Positions 18,542-28,478 of a stretch of 64,000 bases of DNA are shown in pieces. The DNA lies in assembly GCA_965209035.1 (NCBI GenBank), contig OZ242372.1, forward strand, positions 736,001 through 800,000, in the 5' to 3' direction. How positions within the stretch are numbered: position 1 is the first letter of the stretch; every line of letters starts with the position of its first letter. The position numbers and the translations under genes were made by a program. Origin of the DNA: Gammaproteobacteria bacterium (GTDB lineage Bacteria; Pseudomonadota; Gammaproteobacteria; CBDBNL01; JAAOII01). A model generated the notes under the pieces. That model saw only the letters and a list, made by a program, of their open reading frames with translations, searched no databases and was not told where the DNA came from.

Positions 18542-19979
18542 GCACTCTGCGCGCAGGGGGACTCCCGCCCCGCGGGCACAGGCCGCCCCGCGGGCACAAG
18601 CCTCCCCCCGGGCACAAGCCTTGTCCGTTCTGACAAGCATCCTGCAAAAAAAATCCAACTTGGACAAACTCTTGAAAGAAAGAACGGTTGGGCTGAGCGC
18701 GCGCGATGCCGCTTTAACCGCCGAAATATCCTACGGGGTTTGCCGATTTTATCAGCGTCTTAAACGAAAACTGGACCGGGTCTCGGATCGCCCGCCGCGC
18801 GATACCGAAGTGGCGGTTGCCATTTTAATGGGAATTTATGAGTTGGAGTACACCCGCATACCCGCATATGCAACTCTGAACGAAATGACAACACTCATCG
18901 GAACACGCAAACGCCACGCCAAAGGAATGGTCAATGCGTGCCTGAGGAAACATCTGTCTTTTTTGGACAATTTTTTGGACCCTCTTTTGGACAATGACGA
19001 CTTGCGGTTGTCGGATGATCCGGAAGAACTGTACGCGCATCCGCAATGGCAGATTGAAAAATTCCGTCGCAACTTCCCGCAACATTGGCAAGAAATTCTA
19101 AAGTGCGGCAACGAGAAACCGCCGCTTGCTGTGCGGGTGAACCCGCACAGGTCCGGCATGCCGGACTATGCGGAACTTCTGAACAAACATTCCGTTGCCT
19201 GCCATCCTCAGGGCCGGGACCCGGATGCGCCGCACGGTTTGATATTGAAAAACAGCATTGCAACAAGCCGCTTGCCGGGATACTCGGACGGGACAGCCCG
19301 GGTGCAGGACATAGGTTCCCAAAAAGCGGCGAGATTGCCCAAGTTGCGGCAAGGGATGCGTTTGCTGGATGCTTGCTGTGCGCCGGGAAACAAAGTATCT
19401 TATATACTGAGCATAGCGAAGGCGGCGGGAATGGATTCCATTGCCGTTGATTGCTTGGATAAGAACCCTGTCCGGTTGGAAAGCGCGCGCCGCAACCTTG
19501 CCGAACAGGGTTTTTGTGCGGGGGATCTTCTTGCGTTCTTTTGCCAAGATCTCGCGGACTATGCAATGTCGCCGACACGGAATGCCCAATACGATTGTGT
19601 CCTTTTGGATGTGCCTTGCTCGGGCAGCGGTGTGATTCGGCGACATCCGGAACTGAAAATTTTGGCGGCGGAGGCGGACATTAAAAAACTGAGTCGGGAA
19701 CAACGCAACTTGCTCTCGCATGCTTGGAAATGTCTTAAACCGGGCGGAGAGTTAATTTACATCACTTGTTCTTTGTTTGCCGAAGAAAACGAGGAAGTCA
19801 TACGGGACTTTTTGGCAAAGCAAAAGGATGCCGTTTTTATTCCTCCCAAGTTAACCGCAACCGAAACAAGTCTCTTAGTCCCCCGACCGGGAGCGGGACT
19901 CTGTTTGCTGCCCGGCGAAACAAACGACGGTTTCTTTTTTGCCTGTCTAATGAAAAAAGATTCCTCTAAAAGCGGCTGA
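18525..19979 (+). CDS. rsmB: 16S rRNA m5C967 methyltransferase
   Basis: NusB-like N-terminus, LDACCAPG.K, LLDVPCSGSG, Y.TCS..EENE; def-fmt-rsmB order. Start uncertain (TTG 18525 after GGTGAGG; ORF opens at 18462). Confidence 0.92.
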   Translation: MGQRAKHSARRGTPAPRAQAAPRAQASPRAQALSVLTSILQKKSNLDKLLKERTVGLSARDAALTAEISYGVCRFYQRLKRKLDRVSDRPPRDTEVAVAILMGIYELEYTRIPAYATLNEMTTLIGTRKRHAKGMVNACLRKHLSFLDNFLDPLLDNDDLRLSDDPEELYAHPQWQIEKFRRNFPQHWQEILKCGNEKPPLAVRVNPHRSGMPDYAELLNKHSVACHPQGRDPDAPHGLILKNSIATSRLPGYSDGTARVQDIGSQKAARLPKLRQGMRLLDACCAPGNKVSYILSIAKAAGMDSIAVDCLDKNPVRLESARRNLAEQGFCAGDLLAFFCQDLADYAMSPTRNAQYDCVLLDVPCSGSGVIRRHPELKILAAEADIKKLSREQRNLLSHAWKCLKPGGELIYITCSLFAEENEEVIRDFLAKQKDAVFIPPKLTATETSLLVPRPGAGLCLLPGETNDGFFFACLMKKDSSKSG

Positions 19980-20092
19980 TAATTAATGCCCGCCAAAAGC
20001 GGGCTGATAATTGACGCCCGCTAAAAGCGGCTGATTAAGGATCCCCGCTGAAAGCGGCTGATAATTGACGCCCGCTAAAAGCGGCCTATTAA
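19966..20092. repeat. Five 27-28 bp tandem units forming CCGC-N5-GCGG hairpins between convergent rsmB and yejF
   Basis: Units start at 19966, 19993, 20021, 20048, 20075; consensus CTAAAAGCGGCTGATAATTGACGCCCG. Confidence 0.9.
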
Positions 20093-20097
20093 GAGAA

Positions 20098-21690
20098 TTA
20101 AATCGTTTGTAGCAGATCTTTGGTGTATTGGGATTGCGGGTTGCGAAAAACTTTTGCCGTCTCGCCAAACTCCACCGCAGTGCCGCCGTGCAAAACCAAA
20201 GTTTTATGCCCCAAAGATCTTGCCAAACGCATATCGTGCGTAATGAACACATAGGCCAGTTTGTGCTCTTTTTGCAGTTGACGCAAAAGAGCAATGATCT
20301 CCGTCTGCACTGTCACATCCAAAGAAGAAGTCGGTTCATCCAGAACAAGAAGACGCGGTTGCATGATCAAAGCGCGGGCAATGGCAATGCGTTGTTTTTG
20401 ACCGCCGGAGAACTTGCTCGGCGGTTCAAACAGCCTGTCAGGGTCCAGTTGCACTTCTGTCATCGCCGCCTTGCATTGCTTTTGCAGATCTTCCGGGTTG
20501 CCCTCTTCTTTTTTGCGGCTGCGCATCAGTCCTTCCGTAATGATGCGAAACACACCAAACCGCGGGTTAATACTGGCGGCGGGATCTTGGAATATCATCT
20601 GCATTGTGGGACGCAGTGCGCGCAGTTGGCGCGAGGTCAACAGCCGCAGATCCTGCCCCGCAAAACGCACACTGCCATTCCAGTCTTCGTCCTTAAGTAG
20701 CCTGAGCAGGGCCAGGGCAAGAGATGTTTTACCGCTGCCGCTGCCGCCGATGACCGCCAGGGTCTCGCCGGCAAACAGATCAAAACTGACACCGGTCAAT
20801 GCCACGTGATAACCTTTGATGCGACGCAGAATTCCCTTGCGCTGCGGATAACGAATACGCAGGTCGCGCACGGCAAGCAGCGGCGCTTCATTGCTGCGCG
20901 CGGGCGCGCGTCGCGTCGGTCGGCCCACACGGTATGCCCCAAGAAGTTTCTTGGTGTAAGGATGTTTCGGTCTCTTCATCAGTTCCGATAGTTTCGTTAG
21001 TTTCGATGCTTTTCCCGTTTCTATGATCCGCCCGTCTTTCATTACACAGACATCGTCGCCGAAATGCCGAACCAGCGGGAGATCATGAGTAATTAACAGA
21101 AGACTTGTTTTCTGTTCGGAACAAAGAGCGCACATCAGGGTCATCATTTGCAATCTCAAAGAAGCATCCAAAGCAGTCGTCGGCTCGTCCGCTATCAACA
21201 GATCCGGTTTACGCATCATCATCATCGCCAATAGGACTCTTTGTCTTTGACCGCCGGACAATTGGTGCGGATAACGCTGCCCCAGTTCCTCGGGTAAATG
21301 CACTCGCGCAAGCGCTGCGCTCACTTCGGTGCGGCACAAGTTTGGATTTCTTTTTGAAAAAGGATGCGCCATCTCACTCAATTGCCGGGAAACCTTATGC
21401 AACGGGTTGAGAGCGGCAAGACTGTCTTGAAAAATCATGGCAATCTTAGTCCCGCGCAGCCGACTATTTTGCTTTTCGTTTGGCGGTAACAACTCGGTTC
21501 CCCGAAAGCGGATACTGCCGCGAACTTTTGCCCCGGCAGGCAACAATCCCATGATCGCCATAGCAGTCATGCTTTTACCGCTGCCACTTTCGCCGACCAG
21601 GGCGCAAACACGCCCTTTGCCAATATCCATACTGACATTGTGCAAAATCTCAGATTGCAGTGACAGATGCAGATTTCGGATGCTCAGCAT
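20098..21690 (-). CDS. yejF: Peptide ABC transporter double ATPase (YejF-like)
   Basis: Two NBDs: GESGSGKS/LSGGQRQR and GGSGSGKT/FSGGQKQR; next to yejE. Confidence 0.8.
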   Translation of the reverse strand: MLSIRNLHLSLQSEILHNVSMDIGKGRVCALVGESGSGKSMTAMAIMGLLPAGAKVRGSIRFRGTELLPPNEKQNSRLRGTKIAMIFQDSLAALNPLHKVSRQLSEMAHPFSKRNPNLCRTEVSAALARVHLPEELGQRYPHQLSGGQRQRVLLAMMMMRKPDLLIADEPTTALDASLRLQMMTLMCALCSEQKTSLLLITHDLPLVRHFGDDVCVMKDGRIIETGKASKLTKLSELMKRPKHPYTKKLLGAYRVGRPTRRAPARSNEAPLLAVRDLRIRYPQRKGILRRIKGYHVALTGVSFDLFAGETLAVIGGSGSGKTSLALALLRLLKDEDWNGSVRFAGQDLRLLTSRQLRALRPTMQMIFQDPAASINPRFGVFRIITEGLMRSRKKEEGNPEDLQKQCKAAMTEVQLDPDRLFEPPSKFSGGQKQRIAIARALIMQPRLLVLDEPTSSLDVTVQTEIIALLRQLQKEHKLAYVFITHDMRLARSLGHKTLVLHGGTAVEFGETAKVFRNPQSQYTKDLLQTI

Positions 21691-21741
21691 CCTAACAGCC
21701 CCGCGGCGGATAACCTCCGCAATTGGACGCCGACCCGTCCG

Positions 21742-22761
21742 TTACAAAATACGCGGATCAAAAGAATCGCGCAGACCTTCGCCGACAAACACCAGCAGGG
21801 ATAACATGACTGTGATCACAACAAACGCCGTAATGCCGATCCAAGGCGCGGTGAGATTGGTTTTTGCCTGAGCAATTAACTCCCCCAAAGAGGGTGTTCC
21901 CAAAGGCAGTCCGTAACCCAGAAAATCCAAAGATGCCAAGACCGAAACGGCCGAAGTGAAAATCAAAGGAACAAATGTAAACACGGACACGGCGGCATTC
22001 GGCAAAATATGTGTGAACATAATACCCGTATCGCGGACACCCAGATTGCGCGCCGCCAACACATAGGTCATATTCCGGCCGCGCAGGAATTCCGCACGCA
22101 CCAGATCGGCCAAACCCATCCAACTAAACAGCAGCGTAATAAATAACAGCCACCAAAGATTCGGTTGAACCAGACTGGCAAGGATAATCAAAATGAACAG
22201 GACAGGCATACCGCTCCATACTTCAATCACTCGCTGCCCGAGTAAATCCGGCAAGCCACCGTAATATCCTTGGACGGCACCGAACAACACGCCCAATACA
22301 ACGGTGAACACAGTTAACAGAAATGCAAAAACAATGGAAATGCGGTAACCATACAGAACACGCGCCAGAAGATCCCTGCCCTGATCATCGGTGCCGAGCC
22401 AATGAATCGCATCCGGCGGGCTCGGTGTCGGCTTTGAAAGTTCGTAATCTATACCGGTCCCGCTGAACGGGATTGGCGGCCAAACTTGGCGGGCATTTTT
22501 CTCCGCAAAAAATGCGCGCATATAATCATCGCGATAATTGACATGCCAGTCCAACTCGCCGCCAAAATCGCGCTCCGTATAGTCGGTAAAAATCGGCACA
22601 TAAACCCGGTCATCCATTAAGATTAACCAAGGTCTGTCGTTCGCCAAAAACTCGGCAAACAAGGACAGGAGCGCCAAGATAGCAAATATCCAAAGCGAAT
22701 AGTAGGAACGCCTCCTGGCTCTGAACTTAGACCAAACAGAGCGGAGGGCCGCGGAATGCAT
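21742..22761 (-). CDS. yejE: Peptide ABC permease (YejE-like)
   Basis: SLFAEFLANDRP, HWLGTDDQGRD.LAR..YG.RIS, VRAEFLRGRN, GEGLRD.FDP. Confidence 0.88.
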   Translation of the reverse strand: MHSAALRSVWSKFRARRRSYYSLWIFAILALLSLFAEFLANDRPWLILMDDRVYVPIFTDYTERDFGGELDWHVNYRDDYMRAFFAEKNARQVWPPIPFSGTGIDYELSKPTPSPPDAIHWLGTDDQGRDLLARVLYGYRISIVFAFLLTVFTVVLGVLFGAVQGYYGGLPDLLGQRVIEVWSGMPVLFILIILASLVQPNLWWLLFITLLFSWMGLADLVRAEFLRGRNMTYVLAARNLGVRDTGIMFTHILPNAAVSVFTFVPLIFTSAVSVLASLDFLGYGLPLGTPSLGELIAQAKTNLTAPWIGITAFVVITVMLSLLVFVGEGLRDSFDPRIL

Positions 22762-24123
22762 TTAGAACTTAAATCTGTATAAAAAAGGAGACCAGTCCGG
22801 TGATTTAATATTGCCGCCGCCAAGGGGCAGGTAAACCGGATTGCCGAGATCAACCGAAGCAATTGCCAATCTGTAACTGCCGCCGCGGCGCGTAGAATAA
22901 ATAACCCTGTTGCCGTCCGGCGATACGCTCGGACTGTCGTCCAGTTGATTTTTTGTCACCAACTGCAATTCTCCCTTCGCCAGGTCCATCTTGGTGACTC
23001 TGTAACCGCCGGCCGCTCGGGATATTAAAACAAGAGCACTGTCGCCGTGTGTGTACTCGGCACTTGATGTATAAACATTGTCAAATGTCAGACGCTTAAT
23101 TGCATTATCGTTCAGGTCGTATTGAAAGATTTGCGGTCTGTTGTTTATTCGGTCGGAAGTAAATACCAGTTTTGTCCCTTCCCGGGACCAGGCGGGTTCG
23201 GTGTCTATCCCGGGGTGCCGAGTCAATCGCCGTGCCTTCAAGCTATCCAGGTCTATCAAGTAGATATCGGCGTTGGCTCCTTGCGATAAAACCACCGCCA
23301 GTTGTCTGCCATCCGGCGACCAGGCGGGCGCGCTGTTAATTCCCCTAAAAGCGGTCACCAACCAACGTTTGCCGCTGAGGATATCCTGGACATAGATGTT
23401 GGAGCGACCGTTCTCAAAAGAAACATATGCAACTTTTTTGGCATCCGGCGACCAGGCGGGAGAAGTGATTGGCTCATCCGAACGCAAAATTAATCGTTCA
23501 CGTTTCCCGTCCGCATCGGCGATATTTAAACTAAACTCTTTTTTACCTCTTCGGTCAGATTCGCGCACAAAAACGATTTTTGTTGAAAAAGAACCTTGAA
23601 TGCCGAGCATCTTTTCATAAATATAATCGCTAACATAATGTGCGAAATCTTGCGTATATTTTGAGGGAAAAGTAAATGCATTGTTGGAAAGCACCTCCTC
23701 CGCAAAAACATCCATAATCGTAATGTTCAAACTGTAGGTGCGCCCGCCTGTTTTCGCTAGCTCGCCAAATATTAAATATTCAACATCCTTGTCGCGCCAC
23801 TCCTTGTAAAGAATTTGATTTACACGAAAGGGAGAAGAAGGCAAGTCGTTTTCGGCAATTCCAGTTAAGTGACCGCTAAAACGAAAGTCATTTCTTATCA
23901 GACGAACAATTTGAGTGCGCGTATCGGCACCGGCCCCCGATACGCGAAAAGGCACCAACGCCAAAGTAATGGGGCGAGTCACACCGCGACGAATCTTAAT
24001 GATTAACTCGTCTTCTTGTGCCGCCAATTGTTGGTCGGGGGTGCCGGGGGTGCTGTCCGCTGCCATCGCATTGCCGGCAAGAGCAAACAGGCAACAGCAA
24101 CAAAAAATAATTAATCTGTACAT
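22762..24123 (-). CDS. tolB: Tol-Pal beta-propeller protein TolB
   Basis: TolB_N plus PD40 repeats (SPAWSPD, APAWSPDG, TEPAWS); follows tolQRA. Likely start 24123. Confidence 0.93.
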   Translation of the reverse strand: MYRLIIFCCCCLFALAGNAMAADSTPGTPDQQLAAQEDELIIKIRRGVTRPITLALVPFRVSGAGADTRTQIVRLIRNDFRFSGHLTGIAENDLPSSPFRVNQILYKEWRDKDVEYLIFGELAKTGGRTYSLNITIMDVFAEEVLSNNAFTFPSKYTQDFAHYVSDYIYEKMLGIQGSFSTKIVFVRESDRRGKKEFSLNIADADGKRERLILRSDEPITSPAWSPDAKKVAYVSFENGRSNIYVQDILSGKRWLVTAFRGINSAPAWSPDGRQLAVVLSQGANADIYLIDLDSLKARRLTRHPGIDTEPAWSREGTKLVFTSDRINNRPQIFQYDLNDNAIKRLTFDNVYTSSAEYTHGDSALVLISRAAGGYRVTKMDLAKGELQLVTKNQLDDSPSVSPDGNRVIYSTRRGGSYRLAIASVDLGNPVYLPLGGGNIKSPDWSPFLYRFKF

Positions 24124-24224
24124 CCTTTCATTATAAAAACTCGGTGAGAACTTTTTGACGCAAATTCTGTGTCGGTTACCGTTGTCTCTTTTTTTTACCC
24201 CAAATAATAACATCTCTAACTCTT

Positions 24225-24941
24225 TTAAGGACCCAGTTGAAACTCCATGGTAATTTCTTTAAAGTATTTTTCCACCAGCAAAGGATCCGACGGCAAAATA
24301 AATCGTTTCACCCGGCGCACCGCCCTTTCGGCTTCGGCGTCAAATACGCGATTACCGCTGGACTTAAGAATTCGCATATCGGTTAGCCTCCCTTCCGCAT
24401 CCAAGAAAATTTTTATACGCACGACAAGCCCCTCAAAAAGTTTGCGTTGTGCGGCCGTCCCCGTATTAAAATTACGCTCTACCAAAGCCTGATTGCGTTG
24501 ATAGTATGCCAAGGCCTGATTAATTCTTGCCTCTTGCTTCTCTCGTATTTCTGCCGTTTCTTGTTCTGAGGCACTTTGCCCGGTCGTTTCTTTCTTTTCC
24601 ACATACAACGGGAGTTCGTCGGCAAGCGCCTCATCCGTGCGCTTTTTGTCGTCCGCGAGAACAGGCTGATTTAAATGCTCCACAAGGCTTTCCAAAGGGT
24701 TCTTTTGTGGCTGCGACGCGGATTTTTTAATCTTTTTGGGCGGGGTCGGGCGCACAGGTGCGACAAGCGTTACCAAGCTCGCTTTGACGGAAAGGCCGGG
24801 ATCCGGTTGTAAGGCAAATGTTTCTTCATCAATGTGCGTCCAGTTGCTTAGCATGATGACCAATACAATATGAACAAAACACGCGCCAAAACAAGGAAGC
24901 AAGAATGGCGGAGTATCATCCGCAAAATAACCGCCGGACAT
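24225..24941 (-). CDS. tolA: Short TolA-like protein (TM anchor with His, TonB/TolA C-terminal domain)
   Basis: Position between tolR and tolB; N-terminal TM with H; KSSGNRVFDAEAERAV. Confidence 0.72.
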   Translation of the reverse strand: MSGGYFADDTPPFLLPCFGACFVHIVLVIMLSNWTHIDEETFALQPDPGLSVKASLVTLVAPVRPTPPKKIKKSASQPQKNPLESLVEHLNQPVLADDKKRTDEALADELPLYVEKKETTGQSASEQETAEIREKQEARINQALAYYQRNQALVERNFNTGTAAQRKLFEGLVVRIKIFLDAEGRLTDMRILKSSGNRVFDAEAERAVRRVKRFILPSDPLLVEKYFKEITMEFQLGP

Positions 24942-24971
24942 GTTTTTTGTTTCGCTTTCTTTCGCGACAAC

Positions 24972-25391
24972 TCACTTGGACGGCGGTTGGGACACCAATC
25001 CCACATCCGAAATCCCGGCATTTTGCATCACTTGCATGAGTTCCATAATCTTGCCATATACAACCCTTGCATCCCCTTTAATAAACACATCCGGCACATC
25101 TTTATCCTTAAAAGTATCCGACAAATACCCGCGCAATTCGGGCAAAGATACCTGTTTACTGCCGCTGCCGCTATCATAGTAGTATTTTCCATCGGCGGTA
25201 ATACTAACCACCAGTTGATCTTTTTTGTTAATTTTAATCGGTTTGGCGGCAACCGAAGGCAACTTCACCGGATAACCCTGGGAAAGCAACGGGGCTGTGA
25301 CAATAAAAACCACAAGAAGGACCAACATCACATCAATATAGGGAACAACATTGATATCGGATATCAAACGATTTTTGCGCCGTCTTGCCAT
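24972..25391 (-). CDS. tolR: TolR
   Basis: INVVPYIDVMLVLL..F..TAP. Confidence 0.93.
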   Translation of the reverse strand: MARRRKNRLISDINVVPYIDVMLVLLVVFIVTAPLLSQGYPVKLPSVAAKPIKINKKDQLVVSITADGKYYYDSGSGSKQVSLPELRGYLSDTFKDKDVPDVFIKGDARVVYGKIMELMQVMQNAGISDVGLVSQPPSK

Positions 25392-25491
25392 GTGCTATGT
25401 GTGCTATGCGGATAGGACAAAAAACTTGCCCGCGTCCCTTTTCAAAAAGACCCTTCTGTCCATTTCATCCTTTTCATCCTTTTCATCCTTT

Positions 25492-26178
25492 TCATAAGGT
25501 GGAATAAAGACGGCGATGCAGAATACTGACAAACTCTTCACTAAATAACTCATAACGAGAAAGCAAAAAATCCGCCTTGCCGCCGTAATAATTGTAAGAA
25601 AGAACAGCCGGGATCGCGGCAATTAATCCCATGGCGGTTGCTATCAGGGCTTCGGCAATACCCGGCGCAACCACATTAATGGTGATCGCCTCGGTGGATG
25701 CGGCAAGTCCCAGGAACGCATTCATAATTCCCCAAACCGTACCAAAAAGACCGATATAGGGGCTCACCGAGCCAACGGATGCCAGAAAGCCCAGGCCGGA
25801 TATCAGAGATTCTTCCTCCCGGTTGATCGCCACCCGCATCAACCTTTGCACCCCTTCCATGGTCGCATCGGCGGAGGCTCTTTTCTTAAGAAGGCGATTA
25901 AATTCTTCGTATCCGTCCACAAAGACATTGTTAATACCGCGAATATTGCCTTTATTGTCGCGCAGTTCATAAAACAGGGTGTTCAAATCCATGCCGGACC
26001 AAAACTTGCGTTCAAACACATCCAAAGCGGCGCGACTGCCGCCGATGATCAGGTAACGCTGAATAATAACAATCCAGGAGAAGATCGAAGCTACGACAAG
26101 AACAGACATCGCCGCTTGGACCACCGGCGATGCTTCTTTTACCAGTTGCCAAAATGCTGTTTCGGTTAAAAATTCCAT
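25492..26178 (-). CDS. tolQ: TolQ
   Basis: FE.KFWSG.DL, SPYIGLFGTVWGIM, VAPGIAEALIATAMGL. Likely start 26178. Confidence 0.95.
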   Translation of the reverse strand: MEFLTETAFWQLVKEASPVVQAAMSVLVVASIFSWIVIIQRYLIIGGSRAALDVFERKFWSGMDLNTLFYELRDNKGNIRGINNVFVDGYEEFNRLLKKRASADATMEGVQRLMRVAINREEESLISGLGFLASVGSVSPYIGLFGTVWGIMNAFLGLAASTEAITINVVAPGIAEALIATAMGLIAAIPAVLSYNYYGGKADFLLSRYELFSEEFVSILHRRLYSTL

Positions 26179-26200
26179 TATTCTCTTGCTTGCTTGCGTC

Positions 26201-26656
26201 CTATTGTATCCGCTTGTCTTGCTCTGTCCCGGAGTCGGCAATCCCGGCAAGGATTTCTTTGGGTAAGAGGCGGGGACATAACTTTTGGGTATTAACACAT
26301 ACCACCTGAACTTGCGCTCGGCACAATAAGGCCTTGTCATGCACCCGACTAATGTCCTGGATAAAGGTTATCGCACACTTGCTTTTTTGCGCGGCATCCG
26401 CCCGCACCCGAAGAATGTCATCCAAGTAAGCGGGGGCAAGATATCTAATTTGCACTTGTCGCACTACAAACAAAATATTTCGCAGCCGCATGCTCTTTTT
26501 GTCCATGCCGATCCTGCGAATGAACTCGGTGCGCGCCCGCTCCATGAACTTAAGATAATTGGCGTAGTAAACAACACCGCCGGCATCCGTATCTTCCATG
26601 TAAACGCGCTGATGAAATGGCGAAAGAGCTGAGTGATTAACGCCGTGTATGGCCAT
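26201..26656 (-). CDS. ybgC: Tol-pal-associated acyl-CoA thioesterase
   Basis: RVY.EDTDAGGVVYYANYLKFMERARTE. Confidence 0.93.
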   Translation of the reverse strand: MAIHGVNHSALSPFHQRVYMEDTDAGGVVYYANYLKFMERARTEFIRRIGMDKKSMRLRNILFVVRQVQIRYLAPAYLDDILRVRADAAQKSKCAITFIQDISRVHDKALLCRAQVQVVCVNTQKLCPRLLPKEILAGIADSGTEQDKRIQ

Positions 26657-28427
26657 AAATTCTTAAGGTCGCCGAGCCGGAAGAACCTTGCCCGCCACCC
26701 GTAACCCTTAGTTCCCAGGCCCCATTGGGGTTCTCGCCAAGATGGGCCGCCGTGCCAAAAGTGAATGTGTTGCTAAGATCCGCACAATCCGTCACCCGTG
26801 TTGGCATCTCTCGATTCGGAAAAAAGTTCAAACAAGAATGCGGGTTGGCAAGACGACTTTGCACCCCGTTTGGAGAAACCAAAGTAATCGTCATATCTCC
26901 AAAATTGGGGTAATTCCCTTGCATTTCTACCTGAGCAGACTCAATAAAATTAATTGCGTCACTAATAGTGAAACTAAATCCACCGGCGTCGGCAGTTCCG
27001 GGAACGAACACTTGCTCTTCATTCGGTAAAAGTTCCCAATTTCTTGCTAAATTAACCGCGGCACCGGCATTCACCAAACCAAATCCATAGTCATGATGAT
27101 GTGTATAGCGAGTTGAGCCATTATGCAAGGTAAACCCCGAATCTTGCCACCCGATGTCGAAAGTTTCGTTCCGGTTCACATCCACCTGCTCGGCGGTTTC
27201 TGCCAGGATGAGTTTGACATCTCTCCATGTCAATTCCTCATTTGCATCCCTCATAAGGGCAATAATCCCGCTGACTGTCGGTGTGGCCGCCGAAGTGCCG
27301 GTAAAAAATCTGTGGTAATTAAAGGATTCAAAATTAAAACAATCCCGAATAATAAATGTTTGGCCCAGAACTCCCGTCGGGGTGCAGGCAATCACTACCG
27401 ATGGATCAGGCATTTTGTTATAACCGGCATTGCCGCTGAGATCCGTTGTAGATATACCCACGTGCTCAATAGTAAGCCGCATCAGCTCCTCATTCGAAAG
27501 ACCTCTACGTTCTTCCTCACCGGGAGATCTGCCCGAACTTGACGCACCGCAAACCCACAGGTTGGCACCCGGGTTGGAATAGGAGGCAACCTTATCATCC
27601 CTTCCTACCGAACAAACCGGTATGACCCCGCGGTGATTCAGCAGCCCTTCGTATGTTGCCAGATCTTCATATGCTTCCCCGCCGTTCCGAGGCGGAACCA
27701 TAAGTCCCTCAAACGGTATATTGTCGGATATTGTTCGAGCATTGCCGGCGGCAAAAACATAACTGATGCCTTTGCCGCCAAATCCAGTGGTTAATCCGCT
27801 ACTAATGGCCATCTCGCGCACACCACTCAACCTGGCTCTCAGCCTGGTATAAGATTGTGCCCCCCAACTGTTACTGGAAATTGCCGTTTCGTTCAACTCG
27901 CGTGTCAGAGATTGAAATAAATTACCTTCCGTAGAAGCACCGAGATAGTTAACACCAAATATCTTTGCCCCGTGGGCTATCCCCTTAATTCCCAATCCAT
28001 TGTTCGCCGTAGCTGCGATGATTCCCGCCACAGATGTGCCATGGCCGCTTTCGCAATCCTCGGGACGCGGGTCATTGCGAGGTATATTCTGATAACTGAC
28101 CACATTTAAACTCTTATTCGACGCAATATTATCTTTCAGATCCTCGTGTGCAATTTCCAAGCCATCGTCCACTATCCCGATTTGAATGCCTTTTCCGTTG
28201 AATCCGGATGTCCAAACTTCAGGAACCGACAGCCTACTCAGATACCACTGTGTATCACTCAACGGATCCCCACCCCCGGCGGTGCCTGCGGCGGACCCGG
28301 AATCAAGATCACAATGAGTACCGAAACCTCCCCTTGACCCCGAAAGTTCTTCGGGCACCACTTCAATTCCACAACCGGTGAGTGTGAGAAGTAAAACAAT
28401 GAGACCGCATAAATAAATTCTTTGCAT
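26637..28427 (-). CDS. Kexin/furin-like S8 serine protease lipoprotein with C-terminal P-domain, no propeptide
   Basis: Lipobox LTGC; IVDDG (D), HGTSVAG (H), FAAGN, FTGTSAATP (S); LTWRDVK, YGFGLVNA, GENPNGAWELRV. Confidence 0.9.
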   Translation of the reverse strand: MQRIYLCGLIVLLLTLTGCGIEVVPEELSGSRGGFGTHCDLDSGSAAGTAGGGDPLSDTQWYLSRLSVPEVWTSGFNGKGIQIGIVDDGLEIAHEDLKDNIASNKSLNVVSYQNIPRNDPRPEDCESGHGTSVAGIIAATANNGLGIKGIAHGAKIFGVNYLGASTEGNLFQSLTRELNETAISSNSWGAQSYTRLRARLSGVREMAISSGLTTGFGGKGISYVFAAGNARTISDNIPFEGLMVPPRNGGEAYEDLATYEGLLNHRGVIPVCSVGRDDKVASYSNPGANLWVCGASSSGRSPGEEERRGLSNEELMRLTIEHVGISTTDLSGNAGYNKMPDPSVVIACTPTGVLGQTFIIRDCFNFESFNYHRFFTGTSAATPTVSGIIALMRDANEELTWRDVKLILAETAEQVDVNRNETFDIGWQDSGFTLHNGSTRYTHHHDYGFGLVNAGAAVNLARNWELLPNEEQVFVPGTADAGGFSFTISDAINFIESAQVEMQGNYPNFGDMTITLVSPNGVQSRLANPHSCLNFFPNREMPTRVTDCADLSNTFTFGTAAHLGENPNGAWELRVTGGGQGSSGSATLRIYGHTRR

Positions 28428-28478
28428 GCTTAATCTTTATTCTTTAAACCGTAGGTTATTCTCTTTTCCATCCGGTTC

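Noticed and set aside
19966-20092. Possible mini-CRISPR array
   Set aside because: The whole period is 27-28 bp, linkers are too short and mutually similar, and no cas genes are present.
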